From the NCBI GenBank assembly GCA_903825575.1, contig CAIKAW010000046.1, forward strand, positions 12,852-76,851: a stretch of DNA of 64,000 nt, written 5' to 3'. A program made the translations under genes and the position numbers. This DNA is from an uncultured bacterium (GTDB lineage Bacteria; Actinomycetota; Actinomycetes; S36-B12; CAIKAW01). The notes beneath the pieces were generated by a model. It did not search any database and had not been told where the DNA came from. It was given only the letters and a program-made list of their open reading frames with translations. This document shows positions 19,481-29,086 of this stretch, one piece after another. Every line of letters starts with the position of its first letter. Position 1 is the stretch's first letter.

Positions 19481-19523
19481 GGCCTAGACCCTTTTGAATC
19501 TTAGGTTCCTTTCGGTCTAGACC
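19481..19523 (+). promoter_or_regulatory. Two GntR-type operators and promoter of the glnA4-like operon
   Basis: GGCCTAGACC at 19481-19490, GGTCTAGACC at 19514-19523; TTGAAT-N18-TAGACC. Confidence 0.7.
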
Positions 19524-19602
19524 CTTCAGCGGTGGCACGCTAGGGTCCGATCGATCCAACCAGTGCTCGGAGCGTTTCGAGCTGATTTGCGGGGGAGCAG
19601 GA

Positions 19603-20982
19603 ATGAGTGGACCAACCCATGCGGCCGCGCCGCTGACGATTGCCGAACTTACAGCCGACATTGAGTGCGGCCGCATCGACACGGTCATCGTTGCGATTAC
19701 CGACATGCAGGGCCGAATCGTCGGCAAGCGCCTTCACGGGCAGTACTTCCTCGACGAGGTGATCGCTCATGGGACCGAGGGCTGCAACTACCTGCTCGCC
19801 GTAGACGTCGACATGAATACGGTCGAGGGCTATGCGATGTCCTCATGGTCCAGTGGTTACGGGGACTTCGTAATGAAGCCTGACTTCTCGACGCTTCGCC
19901 GAGTCCCTTGGCAGGAAGGCACCGCCCTAGTGCTCGCCGATGTGGAATGGCTCGATGGCACCCCCGTGGTGGCATCGCCGCGCCAGATCTTGCGCCGCCA
20001 ACTTGACCGTCTCGATGCGGCCGGAATGAAAGCTTTCGTCGGCACCGAGCTTGAGTTCATCGTCTTCCAGGACACCTACGAGGAAGCTTGGGAGGGCGGG
20101 TACCGCAATCTGACTCCCGTCAATCAGTACAACGTTGACTATTCGATTCTGGGTACTTCACGTGTCGAACCGTTGCTTCGCAGCCTGCGCCTGAACATGT
20201 CTGCTGCTGGCTTGTATGTCGAATCCGCGAAGGGTGAGTGCAACTTCGGCCAGCACGAAATCGCATTCAAGTACACAGATGCGCTCGGGACCTGCGACAA
20301 CCACGTGGTCTACAAGAACGGTGCCAAGGAAATCGCGTCGGATATGGGTGTGGCTCTCACATTCATGGCTAAGTACAACGAACGTGAAGGCAATTCCTGT
20401 CACATCCATTTGTCTTTCCGTGGCACCGACGGATCGATGGTGATGACCTCGGACGCGGATTCGGAGCATGGGCTGTCGGAACTGGGTCGGGCGTTTATCG
20501 CCGGCCAGATCGAGCACATGAAGGAAATCACGTTGCTGTTTGCTCCGAACATCAACTCGTACAAGCGCTACGTCGCCGGATCGTTTGCTCCCACAGCTAT
20601 CCAGTGGGGCCGAGACAATCGCACATGTGCATTTCGACTAGTCGGACGCGGCCCGTCGCTACGTCTGGAGAACCGGGTCCCAGGCGGCGATGTGAATCCC
20701 TATCTGGCCGTGGCAGGAATGGTGGCTGCCGGGCTTGACGGAATCGAGCGCCACTTGGATCCAGGTCCCGACAACGCAGGCAATGCCTACAAAAGCGATG
20801 CGGAAAGGGTCCCCGACACGCTGGCCGGCGCCTTGGCGCTCTGGGAAGGAAGCGACTGGGTGCGCAAGACCTTTGGCGAAGAAGTCCAGGCCCATTACGC
20901 GAACATGGCCCGGGTAGAGATCAACGCATTCGCTCGTTCGGTCACTGACTGGGAGCGCTACCGCAACTTCGAAAGGTTCTAA
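19603..20982 (+). CDS. GS-like gamma-glutamyl-amine ligase (GlnA4/PuuA type)
   Basis: DMQGRIVGKR, ELEF, ECNFGQHE, GNSCHIH, NSYKR, WGRDNRT, ENRVPG. Confidence 0.9.
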   Translation: MSGPTHAAAPLTIAELTADIECGRIDTVIVAITDMQGRIVGKRLHGQYFLDEVIAHGTEGCNYLLAVDVDMNTVEGYAMSSWSSGYGDFVMKPDFSTLRRVPWQEGTALVLADVEWLDGTPVVASPRQILRRQLDRLDAAGMKAFVGTELEFIVFQDTYEEAWEGGYRNLTPVNQYNVDYSILGTSRVEPLLRSLRLNMSAAGLYVESAKGECNFGQHEIAFKYTDALGTCDNHVVYKNGAKEIASDMGVALTFMAKYNEREGNSCHIHLSFRGTDGSMVMTSDADSEHGLSELGRAFIAGQIEHMKEITLLFAPNINSYKRYVAGSFAPTAIQWGRDNRTCAFRLVGRGPSLRLENRVPGGDVNPYLAVAGMVAAGLDGIERHLDPGPDNAGNAYKSDAERVPDTLAGALALWEGSDWVRKTFGEEVQAHYANMARVEINAFARSVTDWERYRNFERF

Positions 20983-20985
20983 AGA

Positions 20986-22350
20986 ATGAGCACCGCATTT
21001 GATGTCATTAACCCGGCGACCGAGGAAGTCGTGGCGAGCGTTCCCGGCGCCGACGCAGCCGAGACCGACGCGATCATTGCCAAAGCTGCCAAGGCTTTTG
21101 AGTCCTGGCGCCAAGTTGCCCCGGGTGATCGGGCCCGCCTGCTTCGACGGTTCGCGGCTGTCGTCGACGATCACATCGACGAACTCGCACAGCTTGAGGT
21201 GCGAAATTCCGGCCACACAATCGGCAACGCCCGTTGGGAAGCTGGCAATGTCCGCGACGTGCTGAACTACTACGCAGGCGCCCCCGAACGACTTTTCGGT
21301 AAGCAGATTCCGGTCGGTGGTGGCATCGACGTAACGTTTAAGGAACCACTGGGCGTTGTCGGAATCATCGTGCCGTGGAACTTCCCGATGCCGATTGCTG
21401 GCTGGGGTTTTGGACCCGCACTCGCTGCTGGGAACACAGTCGTACTAAAGCCCGCTGAGCTAACTCCACTGAGTGCAGTGCGCTTAGGCGAACTCGCACT
21501 TGAAGCTGGCATCCCTGAGGGTGTCTTCAACGTCATAACTGGCAAGGGCTCGATCGTGGGTGCTCGCTTCGTTGAGCATCCGGCCGTCCGCAAGGTCGTC
21601 TTCACCGGATCGACCGACGTCGGCAAAGGCGTTATGCGCGGCTGCGCCGATCAGGTCAAGCGCGTCACTCTCGAACTCGGAGGCAAGAGCGCCAATATCG
21701 TGTTCGCCGATTCTGACCTCGAAAAGGCGGCCGCTAGTGCTCCGTATGGCGTCTTCGACAACGCCGGTCAAGACTGCTGTGCTCGGTCGCGGATCTTGGT
21801 TCAGCGCAGCGTTTTCGACAAGTTCATGGCCCTTCTCGAGCCAGCAGTCAAGGGAGTTCGCGTCGAGGACCCGAACCTAGCTACAGCCGAGATGGGTCCG
21901 CTGATCTCGCGCAAGCAGTTCGATTCGGTGGCGGCGTATGTGCCGGCAGATGCCAATGTCGCGTTCCGCGGGGAGATCCCTTCCGGACCCGGCTACTGGT
22001 TCCCGGCCACCGTCCTCATCGCCAGCGGCGCCGACGATCGGGCATGGCGCGAGGAAATCTTCGGCCCAGTGGTCAGCGTGTTGCCGTTCGAAGACGAGGC
22101 CGATGCAATTCGACTGGCGAACGACAGCGAATACGGCCTGTCGGGTTCGATCTGGACGCGCGATGTAGCTCGGGCTTTCCGGGTCGCTCGCGGGGTGGAC
22201 AGCGGCAACCTGAGCATTAACAGCCATTCCTCAGTGCGCTACTGGACGCCCTTCGGTGGCTTCAAGCAAAGCGGTTTGGGCCGCGAGCTTGGCCCAGATG
22301 CTCTCGATGCGTTCACCGAAACCAAGAATGTCTTCCTGACCACAGACTGA
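20986..22350 (+). CDS. Aldehyde dehydrogenase
   Basis: PWNFP, FTGST, LELGGKS, GQDCCA, EEIFGP. Confidence 0.95.
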   Translation: MSTAFDVINPATEEVVASVPGADAAETDAIIAKAAKAFESWRQVAPGDRARLLRRFAAVVDDHIDELAQLEVRNSGHTIGNARWEAGNVRDVLNYYAGAPERLFGKQIPVGGGIDVTFKEPLGVVGIIVPWNFPMPIAGWGFGPALAAGNTVVLKPAELTPLSAVRLGELALEAGIPEGVFNVITGKGSIVGARFVEHPAVRKVVFTGSTDVGKGVMRGCADQVKRVTLELGGKSANIVFADSDLEKAAASAPYGVFDNAGQDCCARSRILVQRSVFDKFMALLEPAVKGVRVEDPNLATAEMGPLISRKQFDSVAAYVPADANVAFRGEIPSGPGYWFPATVLIASGADDRAWREEIFGPVVSVLPFEDEADAIRLANDSEYGLSGSIWTRDVARAFRVARGVDSGNLSINSHSSVRYWTPFGGFKQSGLGRELGPDALDAFTETKNVFLTTD

Positions 22351-22378
22351 TCAAGCACCACCTGACAAAGGAGTAGCA

Positions 22379-23143
22379 GTGGATCGACTGGAGGGTCGCG
22401 TCGCCGTAATCACTGGCGCCGGCAGTGGAATCGGACAGGCCAGTGCCCGACGTCTCGCGGCCGAGGGCGCCAAGGTTGTCGTCGTCGACATGAACGCCGA
22501 GAGCGGAAACGCCGTGGCGACCGAAGTGGGCGGAATCTTCGTCCAAGCCAACGTCACTGATGCCGACGACGTGGCGCGGATGTATCGCACAGCGTTCGAG
22601 ACCTTCGGCTCAGTCGATATCGCGTTCAACAATGCCGGTATTTCCCCGCCCGACGACGATTCCATTCTCCTGACTGGGATTGACGCCTGGCGCCGAGTTC
22701 AGGAAGTCAACCTCACCTCGGTTTTCCTGTGCTGCAAGGAGGTTCTGCCCTACATGCAAGGGCAGGGCAAGGGTTCGATCATCAACACGGCCTCCTTCGT
22801 TGCGACGCTTGGTGCGGCCACGTCTCAAATCTCGTACACGGCATCCAAGGGTGGCGTGCTTGCAATGACACGTGAACTTGGTGTGCAGTTTGCGCGCGAA
22901 GGCATCCGCATTAACGCGCTCTCTCCCGGACCAGTGAACACTCCTTTGTTGATCGAGTTGTTCGCAAAGGACCCGGCACGAGCGGCGCGTCGGTTGGTTC
23001 ACATCCCGATGGGCCGGTTTGCTGATGCCACCGAAATCGCGGCGGCTGTGGCATTCCTCGCCTCGGACGACTCCAGTTTCATGACGGCGTCGAACTTCTT
23101 GGTCGACGGCGGAATCAGCGGGGCTTACACAACCCCTGAGTAG
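22379..23143 (+). CDS. Short-chain dehydrogenase/reductase
   Basis: TGAGSGIG, NNAG, YTASK. Confidence 0.93.
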   Translation: MDRLEGRVAVITGAGSGIGQASARRLAAEGAKVVVVDMNAESGNAVATEVGGIFVQANVTDADDVARMYRTAFETFGSVDIAFNNAGISPPDDDSILLTGIDAWRRVQEVNLTSVFLCCKEVLPYMQGQGKGSIINTASFVATLGAATSQISYTASKGGVLAMTRELGVQFAREGIRINALSPGPVNTPLLIELFAKDPARAARRLVHIPMGRFADATEIAAAVAFLASDDSSFMTASNFLVDGGISGAYTTPE

Positions 23144-23149
23144 GCGCGA

Positions 23150-23842
23150 TCAGTTTCGGCGGCAAGCCGCTACGAACGCGGAGAAGATTCGCAGATCGTT
23201 CATCACCTCGGGGTGCCATTGCACCCCGAGGATGAACGGCTCGCTCGGGTCTTCACAGACTTCAATACTCTCGTCCGAGGCCCAGCCAGTCGCGGTCAAA
23301 GTCCCGGCGTCGGCGACTGCCTGGTGATGCGAAGAGTTCACGACAGTGTCTGTGGTCTCCAAGATCTGCGCGATCAAGGAGCCTTGACTGAAGTGGGCGC
23401 GGTGCTCATTGAATGTTCCGGGCACATCGCGATGCAGGGTCCCGACCTGGTCGGGCAGGTGCTGCTCGAGTCGCCCGCCGTGGGCTACAGCCATCACTTG
23501 GAGTCCGCGGCAGATGCCCAATACCGGCAGGTTTAGTTCGCGGGCCCGTTTGTAGAGGGCCAATTCCGAAGCGTCGCGGGAGGTTCGTGGGGTATCTGTG
23601 TGCGGTCCAGGGGTGGCCGAATACCGGGCCGGATCGATATCGGCCCCTCCGACGAGCAGCAATCCATCGACTCGCTCCAAAGCGGATAGATCGTCCGCAT
23701 TAGGCGGCAGCAAGACCGGCGTGCCGCCCGCTTCGATGCATTTGTCTAGGTACTCATGAGGCACGAGCGCTGCCGGCTTCTCCCAAGCGCCCCACTTGGC
23801 TGGCTCGAGGTAACTCGTAATGGCGATTACCGGACGGCTCAT
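23150..23842 (-). CDS. Gamma-glutamyl-gamma-aminobutyrate hydrolase-like (PuuD, peptidase C26)
   Basis: GGADIDP, GICRG, NSSHHQ, GVQWHPE. Confidence 0.92.
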   Translation of the reverse strand: MSRPVIAITSYLEPAKWGAWEKPAALVPHEYLDKCIEAGGTPVLLPPNADDLSALERVDGLLLVGGADIDPARYSATPGPHTDTPRTSRDASELALYKRARELNLPVLGICRGLQVMAVAHGGRLEQHLPDQVGTLHRDVPGTFNEHRAHFSQGSLIAQILETTDTVVNSSHHQAVADAGTLTATGWASDESIEVCEDPSEPFILGVQWHPEVMNDLRIFSAFVAACRRN

Positions 23843-23951
23843 GGTCAGATTCTCGCAGGCCAATTGGGGGGATTACCTGCAGGTTCTCCGCATTTCGGTA
23901 CCCGGTCATGAAACTGTTGCGCTGTGCGCGGTCCGATGTGCCGACGACAGG

Positions 23952-23975
23952 TACGTGGACCTACCCACGTATGAT
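23952..23975 (+). promoter_or_regulatory. Inverted repeat overlapping the putative -10 of the fds operon
   Basis: TACGTGG-N6-CCACGTA; TATGAT at 23970-23975. Confidence 0.5.
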
Positions 23976-24011
23976 TCGTCACTGTTGTCGATGCACGGGG
24001 AGGGGTCGAAA

Positions 24012-24497
24012 GTGACCTGCGGGCGTGCGTTGACTCCTTACTCAGCCGAGGCAGCCCTTGCGGTAATCCGCGAGCACGCTGGCCTACGTGGTCCGCTGTT
24101 GCCGGTGTTGCATGCACTAGTCAAGACATTCGGTTACCTGGACCCGTCCGCCGTCCCACTTGTTGCGGCTGAACTGAATTTGTCCAGGGCCGATGTCCAT
24201 GGCGTTGTGACCTTCTATCACGACTTCCGCACGACTCCTGCGGCCACGCACGAGATTCGGATTTGCCGCGCCGAGGCCTGCCAGTCGGTCGGTGGCGAAG
24301 CGCTGGTGGCCAGCGCCAGTGCCAAGCTTGGAGTACCCGTTGGCTCAACGCAGGGTCCGATTGCGTTGACCGAGGTGTTCTGCCTGGGATTGTGTGGGCT
24401 GGCTCCGGCCGCACAGATCGACGGCCAGCCGGTTGGTCGACTTGATCAATCACAGTTGGCCGGGCTCATTGACGGATTGCAGGCAAGCACCGCATGA
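24012..24497 (+). CDS. fdsG: NAD-dependent formate dehydrogenase gamma subunit (NuoE-like 2Fe-2S)
   Basis: LLPVLHAL, SRADVHGVVTFYHDF, CRAEAC, CLGLC; start uncertain. Confidence 0.88.
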   Translation: MTCGRALTPYSAEAALAVIREHAGLRGPLLPVLHALVKTFGYLDPSAVPLVAAELNLSRADVHGVVTFYHDFRTTPAATHEIRICRAEACQSVGGEALVASASAKLGVPVGSTQGPIALTEVFCLGLCGLAPAAQIDGQPVGRLDQSQLAGLIDGLQASTA

Positions 24498-26059
24498 CCG
24501 TTGTATACGTGCCGGGAGATTCCGGGGCTCGTTCGGTTGGCGCTGACGCGGTCGCCAACGCGCTAGTCGCCAAGGCGGCTGAGCGCGGACTTGATGTCAC
24601 CGTGATCCGAAATGGGTCCCGCGGAATGCTTTGGCTGGAGCCGCTGGTTGAGGTTGTAACCGAGGCAGGCCGCGTTGGCTACGGCAGCGTTGCTGCTGCG
24701 GAGATCGACGAACTTCTCGCGGCCGGCATGCTTGTTGGCGCTGCTTCGCCAAACTGCATCGGCATCGTCGATGAACTCGATTGGCTCACGAAGCAAGAGC
24801 GTTTCACTTTCGCGCGAGTGGGTGTCACCGATCCGCTTTCGCTAGCGGACTACGAAGCTCACGGCGGCCTAGTCGGCCTGCGGCGCGCCATCGAACTCAC
24901 CCCGACCGAGGTTGTAGCGGCGGTGTTGGAGTCTGGATTGCGCGGACGTGGTGGTGCGGGCTTCCCGGCCGGCATCAAATGGCGCACCGTGCTCGAGACC
25001 GAAAGCCCGACGAAGTTCGTCGTAATCAACGCCGATGAGGGCGACAGCGGTACCTACGCCGACCGCATGCTGCTTGAGGGAGATCCGTTCCTTCTAATCG
25101 AAGGTTGCGTGATCGCGGGCCTTTCAGTTCGGGCTGAATTCGGGTTCGTCTACATCCGTTCTGAGTACCCAGATGCGATCGCTACTTTCAACCGCGCGCT
25201 GGACGTAGCCCGCGCTGCCGGATGGCTTGGTGCTGACATCCTCGGGTCAGGTCGCGCATTCGATTTGGAAGTCCGGGTTGGCGCCGGCGCCTACATTTGT
25301 GGCGAAGAAACTTCGCTACTCGAGAGCATCGAAGGCCGTCGTCCGGTCGTTCGTTCCAAGCCCCCGTTGCCTGCGATCGAAGGCCTTTTCGGGCAGCCGA
25401 CTCTGGTCAACAACGTTCTGACCGTGGCCGCCGTTCCGTTCGTGCTGGCTAACGGGGCTGCGGCTTACCAAGAGCTCGGTATGGGGCGCTCCCGCGGAAC
25501 TCAGGTATTCCAACTGGCGGGCAATGTTGCTCGACCCGGCATCGTCGAACTGGCCTTCGGCGTCAGCGTCGACGAACTGGTCAACACCTTCGGAGGCGGC
25601 ACTCGCACCGGACGCCCGGTCCATGCCGTTCAGGTCGGCGGCCCGCTTGGCGCCTACCTACCGGTAGAGCAACTTTCGTTGCCGATGGACTATGAAGCGC
25701 TCCTGGCTGCCGGCGCGATGCTGGGCCACGGCGGCATTGTCGTCTTCGATGACGGAGCCGACATGTGGGCGCAGGCCCGTTTTGCGATGTCCTTCTGTGC
25801 GGCCGAGTCTTGTGGCAAGTGCACACCCTGCCGAATCGGTGCTGTTCGCGGAGTCGAAGTAATCGACCGCATTTCCCAAGGCACCGACGTTGCGGCAAAC
25901 CTTGTTTTGCTTGAGGATCTATGCGAACTAATGACCGACGGATCGCTCTGCGCGCTCGGAGGGCTTACTCCGCTGCCGGTCCGAAGCGTGTTGCGTCATT
26001 TCTCGTCTGCCGTGCCCGCTAGCCCGACGCCGGTCGGTCCGTCTGGAGGATCCCGATGA
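24494..26059 (+). CDS. fdsB: Formate dehydrogenase beta subunit (NuoF-like)
   Basis: GSRGMLWLEP, GLRGRGGAGFP, NADEGD, YICGEET, CGKCTPCR. Confidence 0.93.
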   Translation: MTVVYVPGDSGARSVGADAVANALVAKAAERGLDVTVIRNGSRGMLWLEPLVEVVTEAGRVGYGSVAAAEIDELLAAGMLVGAASPNCIGIVDELDWLTKQERFTFARVGVTDPLSLADYEAHGGLVGLRRAIELTPTEVVAAVLESGLRGRGGAGFPAGIKWRTVLETESPTKFVVINADEGDSGTYADRMLLEGDPFLLIEGCVIAGLSVRAEFGFVYIRSEYPDAIATFNRALDVARAAGWLGADILGSGRAFDLEVRVGAGAYICGEETSLLESIEGRRPVVRSKPPLPAIEGLFGQPTLVNNVLTVAAVPFVLANGAAAYQELGMGRSRGTQVFQLAGNVARPGIVELAFGVSVDELVNTFGGGTRTGRPVHAVQVGGPLGAYLPVEQLSLPMDYEALLAAGAMLGHGGIVVFDDGADMWAQARFAMSFCAAESCGKCTPCRIGAVRGVEVIDRISQGTDVAANLVLLEDLCELMTDGSLCALGGLTPLPVRSVLRHFSSAVPASPTPVGPSGGSR

Positions 26060-28878
26060 CGCTGCTCAAAGAACAAGATTTCGGCACTCCAGCAGTCGCT
26101 AGCGACCGCGAAGTCACTGTCAACATTGACGGGCACGATGTAACCGTGCCCGAAGGCACCTCGATCATGCGTGCGGCCGGTCTAGCTGGCTGTGAGGTTC
26201 CCAAGCTGTGCGCCACGGACAGCCTGAAGGCATTTGGGTCATGCCGACTTTGCGTGGTCGAAGTCGAAGGGCGCAAGGGAACCCCAGCATCGTGCACGAC
26301 CCCAGTCGCCGATGGCATGGTCGTTAACACTCAGAGCGAGAAGGTCGCCAAGCTTCGTCGAGGCGTGATGGAGCTCTACATCTCCGATCACCCGCTCGAT
26401 TGTCTGACTTGCCCGGCAAACGGGGATTGCGAGCTGCAGGACATGGCTGGGGTTGTTGGGCTCCGCGATGTTCGTTACGGCTATTCGGGTGAGAACCACT
26501 TCGATGAGCCCAAGGATGAAAGCAACCCTTACTTCACCTTCGATCCGACTAAGTGCATCTCCTGCTCGCGCTGTGTTCGGGCGTGCGATGAGGTTCAGGG
26601 CACTTTCGCGCTGACGATTGCTGGCCGCGGGTTCGACTCTAAGGTCACCGCAGGCGCTGGCGAATCGTTCTTGGAGAGCGAGTGCGTGTCGTGCGGTGCT
26701 TGCGTCCAGGCTTGCCCGACGTCAACGTTGCAAGAGAAGTCGGTCATAGAGATCGGCATGCCACGTCGCACTGTCCTGACCACTTGCGCCTACTGCGGTG
26801 TCGGCTGCACGTTCAAGGCAGAGCTAGCCGGCGACCAAGTTGTGCGGATGGTCCCGTACAAGGACGGTGGCGCCAACGAGGGTCACTCATGTGTAAAGGG
26901 CCGCTTTGCTTGGGGCTACGCGACCCACAAGGACCGCATCACCACGCCGTTGCTGCGTGAGTCGATCACCGACCCTTGGCGCGAGGCGACGTGGGAAGAG
27001 GCCATCGAGTTCTCGGCTCGCCGGCTTAAGGAAATCCAAGCTAAGTACGGTGTTGATTCAATCGGTGGGATTACTTCCTCGCGGTGTACGAACGAAGAGG
27101 TCTTCGTTGTGCAGAAGATGATCAGGACTGCCTTCGGCAACAACAACGTCGACACGTGCGCCCGGGTATGCCATTCCCCAACTGGCTACGGGCTGAGTCA
27201 GACGTTCGGAACTTCGGCCGGCACGCAGGACTTCGTTTCAGTTGAGTCATCGGACGTGATCCTGCTGATCGGCGCCAACCCGACTGCAGCGCACCCGGTG
27301 TTTGCCTCGCGGATGAAGCAGCGGCTGCGCCAAGGCGCAAAGTTGATTGTTATCGACCCACGCCGCATCGACTTGGTCCGTTCGCCTCACGTTCAGGCAT
27401 CCCACCACCTGCAATTGCAGCCGGGCACAAACGTGGCCGTTGTCAATGCCCTGGCTCACGTTGTGGTTACTGAAGATCTGGTAGATCACAAATACGTCGC
27501 CGAGCGTTGCGATCCAGCTGATTTTGCGATGTGGGCTGAATTCATTTCACGTCCTGAGAACTCGCCCGAACAGTTGGAGGCCGCCACTGGCGTTCCGGCG
27601 GCCGAGGTACGGGCGGCGGCTCGGCTATTCGCGACCGGAGGCAATGGCGCCATCTACTACGGCTTGGGCGTCACCGAGCACAGCCAGGGTTCCACCATGG
27701 TCATGGGAATGGCGAATCTGGCGATGGCAACCGGCAACATTGGCCGGGTCGGCGTTGGGGTGAATCCGCTGCGCGGCCAGAACAATGTGCAAGGAGCCTG
27801 CGACATGGGCTCGTTCCCGCACGAGCTCCCGGGTTACCGCCACGTTTCGGACGACGCGGTTCGCGAGACCTTCGAGTCGATCTGGGGTCGCGAGCTGGTT
27901 TCTGAGCCAGGCCTGCGAATTCCGAACATGTTCGATGCGGCCGTAGCAGGTCGCTTCAAGGGGATGTTCGTCCAAGGCGAGGACATCGCCCAGTCCGACC
28001 CGAACACCAGTCACGTCCAGGCTGCCCTGGGGAGCCTCGAGCTTCTGATCGTGCAGGACCTGTTCATCAACGAGACTGCTGCGTTTGCCCACGTCTTCCT
28101 GCCTGGCACTTCCTTCCTTGAAAAGGATGGAACATTCACCAACGCCGAGCGCCGCATCAACCGGGTGCGTCCGGTCATGTCGCCGCGAAACGGCAAGCAG
28201 GAGTGGCAAGTTGTTAGTGAGTTGGCAAGTGCGCTCGGCTACCCCATGCACTACGACCAGTCCAGCCAGATCATGGACGAAATCGCAGCCTTGACGCCGA
28301 CTTTCGCTGGTGTCTCGTTCAAGTTGCTCGACGAACTTGGCAGTGTGCAGTGGCCTTGCAATGCCGCCGCGCCCGAAGGGACGCCGATCATGCACGTAAA
28401 CAAGTTTGTGCGCGGGCTGGGCCGCTTCATTCCGACGCCGTATGTCCCCACTGATGAACGAGCCAACCGCAAGTTCCCGCTGATCTTGACAACTGGGCGG
28501 ATTCTTTCGCAGTACAACGTCGGAGCGCAGACTCGTCGGACGGCAAATGTGGTCTGGCACTCGGAGGACTTGCTCGAGTTGCACCCACACGACGCCGAGG
28601 AGCGTGGCATCGCCGACGGCGCCTGGGTGAACATTGCCTCTCGGGCCGGGGAAACGGCGATGCGGGCTCGGGTAACGGACCGCCTGCCAGTTGGCGTTGT
28701 TTACACCACGTTCCACCACCCAATCAGTGGCGCGAACGTTGTCACTACCGACAACTCGGACTGGGCAACCAACTGCCCTGAGTACAAGGTGACCGCGGTC
28801 CAGGTCCGACCAGTGACTGCGCCTGCAGACGTGGCCGCGGCCCTTTCCTCCGAACCTGTATCCGCTGGGATTGGCTGA
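26056..28878 (+). CDS. fdsA: Formate dehydrogenase alpha subunit (Mo-bisPGD, Cys ligand)
   Basis: N-terminal Fe-S motifs, CAYCGVGC, CARVCH, PLRGQNNVQG, CPEYK. Confidence 0.95.
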   Translation: MTLLKEQDFGTPAVASDREVTVNIDGHDVTVPEGTSIMRAAGLAGCEVPKLCATDSLKAFGSCRLCVVEVEGRKGTPASCTTPVADGMVVNTQSEKVAKLRRGVMELYISDHPLDCLTCPANGDCELQDMAGVVGLRDVRYGYSGENHFDEPKDESNPYFTFDPTKCISCSRCVRACDEVQGTFALTIAGRGFDSKVTAGAGESFLESECVSCGACVQACPTSTLQEKSVIEIGMPRRTVLTTCAYCGVGCTFKAELAGDQVVRMVPYKDGGANEGHSCVKGRFAWGYATHKDRITTPLLRESITDPWREATWEEAIEFSARRLKEIQAKYGVDSIGGITSSRCTNEEVFVVQKMIRTAFGNNNVDTCARVCHSPTGYGLSQTFGTSAGTQDFVSVESSDVILLIGANPTAAHPVFASRMKQRLRQGAKLIVIDPRRIDLVRSPHVQASHHLQLQPGTNVAVVNALAHVVVTEDLVDHKYVAERCDPADFAMWAEFISRPENSPEQLEAATGVPAAEVRAAARLFATGGNGAIYYGLGVTEHSQGSTMVMGMANLAMATGNIGRVGVGVNPLRGQNNVQGACDMGSFPHELPGYRHVSDDAVRETFESIWGRELVSEPGLRIPNMFDAAVAGRFKGMFVQGEDIAQSDPNTSHVQAALGSLELLIVQDLFINETAAFAHVFLPGTSFLEKDGTFTNAERRINRVRPVMSPRNGKQEWQVVSELASALGYPMHYDQSSQIMDEIAALTPTFAGVSFKLLDELGSVQWPCNAAAPEGTPIMHVNKFVRGLGRFIPTPYVPTDERANRKFPLILTTGRILSQYNVGAQTRRTANVVWHSEDLLELHPHDAEERGIADGAWVNIASRAGETAMRARVTDRLPVGVVYTTFHHPISGANVVTTDNSDWATNCPEYKVTAVQVRPVTAPADVAAALSSEPVSAGIG

Positions 28879-28880
28879 CG

Positions 28881-29084
28881 ATGTCGGATACCCAGGCCTT
28901 AGTTCGCATGCTGAACCAGATCGCGGCCAATCATTCGTACCTTGACGCTGCTGGTGCTGCGCAGGCGACGGCCGCGCACGTCGTTCGGTTCTGGACCCCG
29001 CAGATGAGAGCCGACCTTCAGGCTGACTCGCGTGAGGGGCTCTCGCCGATCGCTGCTGTGGCAGCGGATCTGCTGGCTAACTGA
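28881..29084 (+). CDS. fdsD: Formate dehydrogenase delta subunit
   Basis: LVRMLNQIA, HVVRFWTPQMR. Confidence 0.88.
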   Translation: MSDTQALVRMLNQIAANHSYLDAAGAAQATAAHVVRFWTPQMRADLQADSREGLSPIAAVAADLLAN

Positions 29085-29086
29085 TC

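Noticed and set aside
26056-28878. Selenocysteine recoding in FDH
   Set aside because: ORF is uninterrupted and the ligand is Cys (CARVCH)
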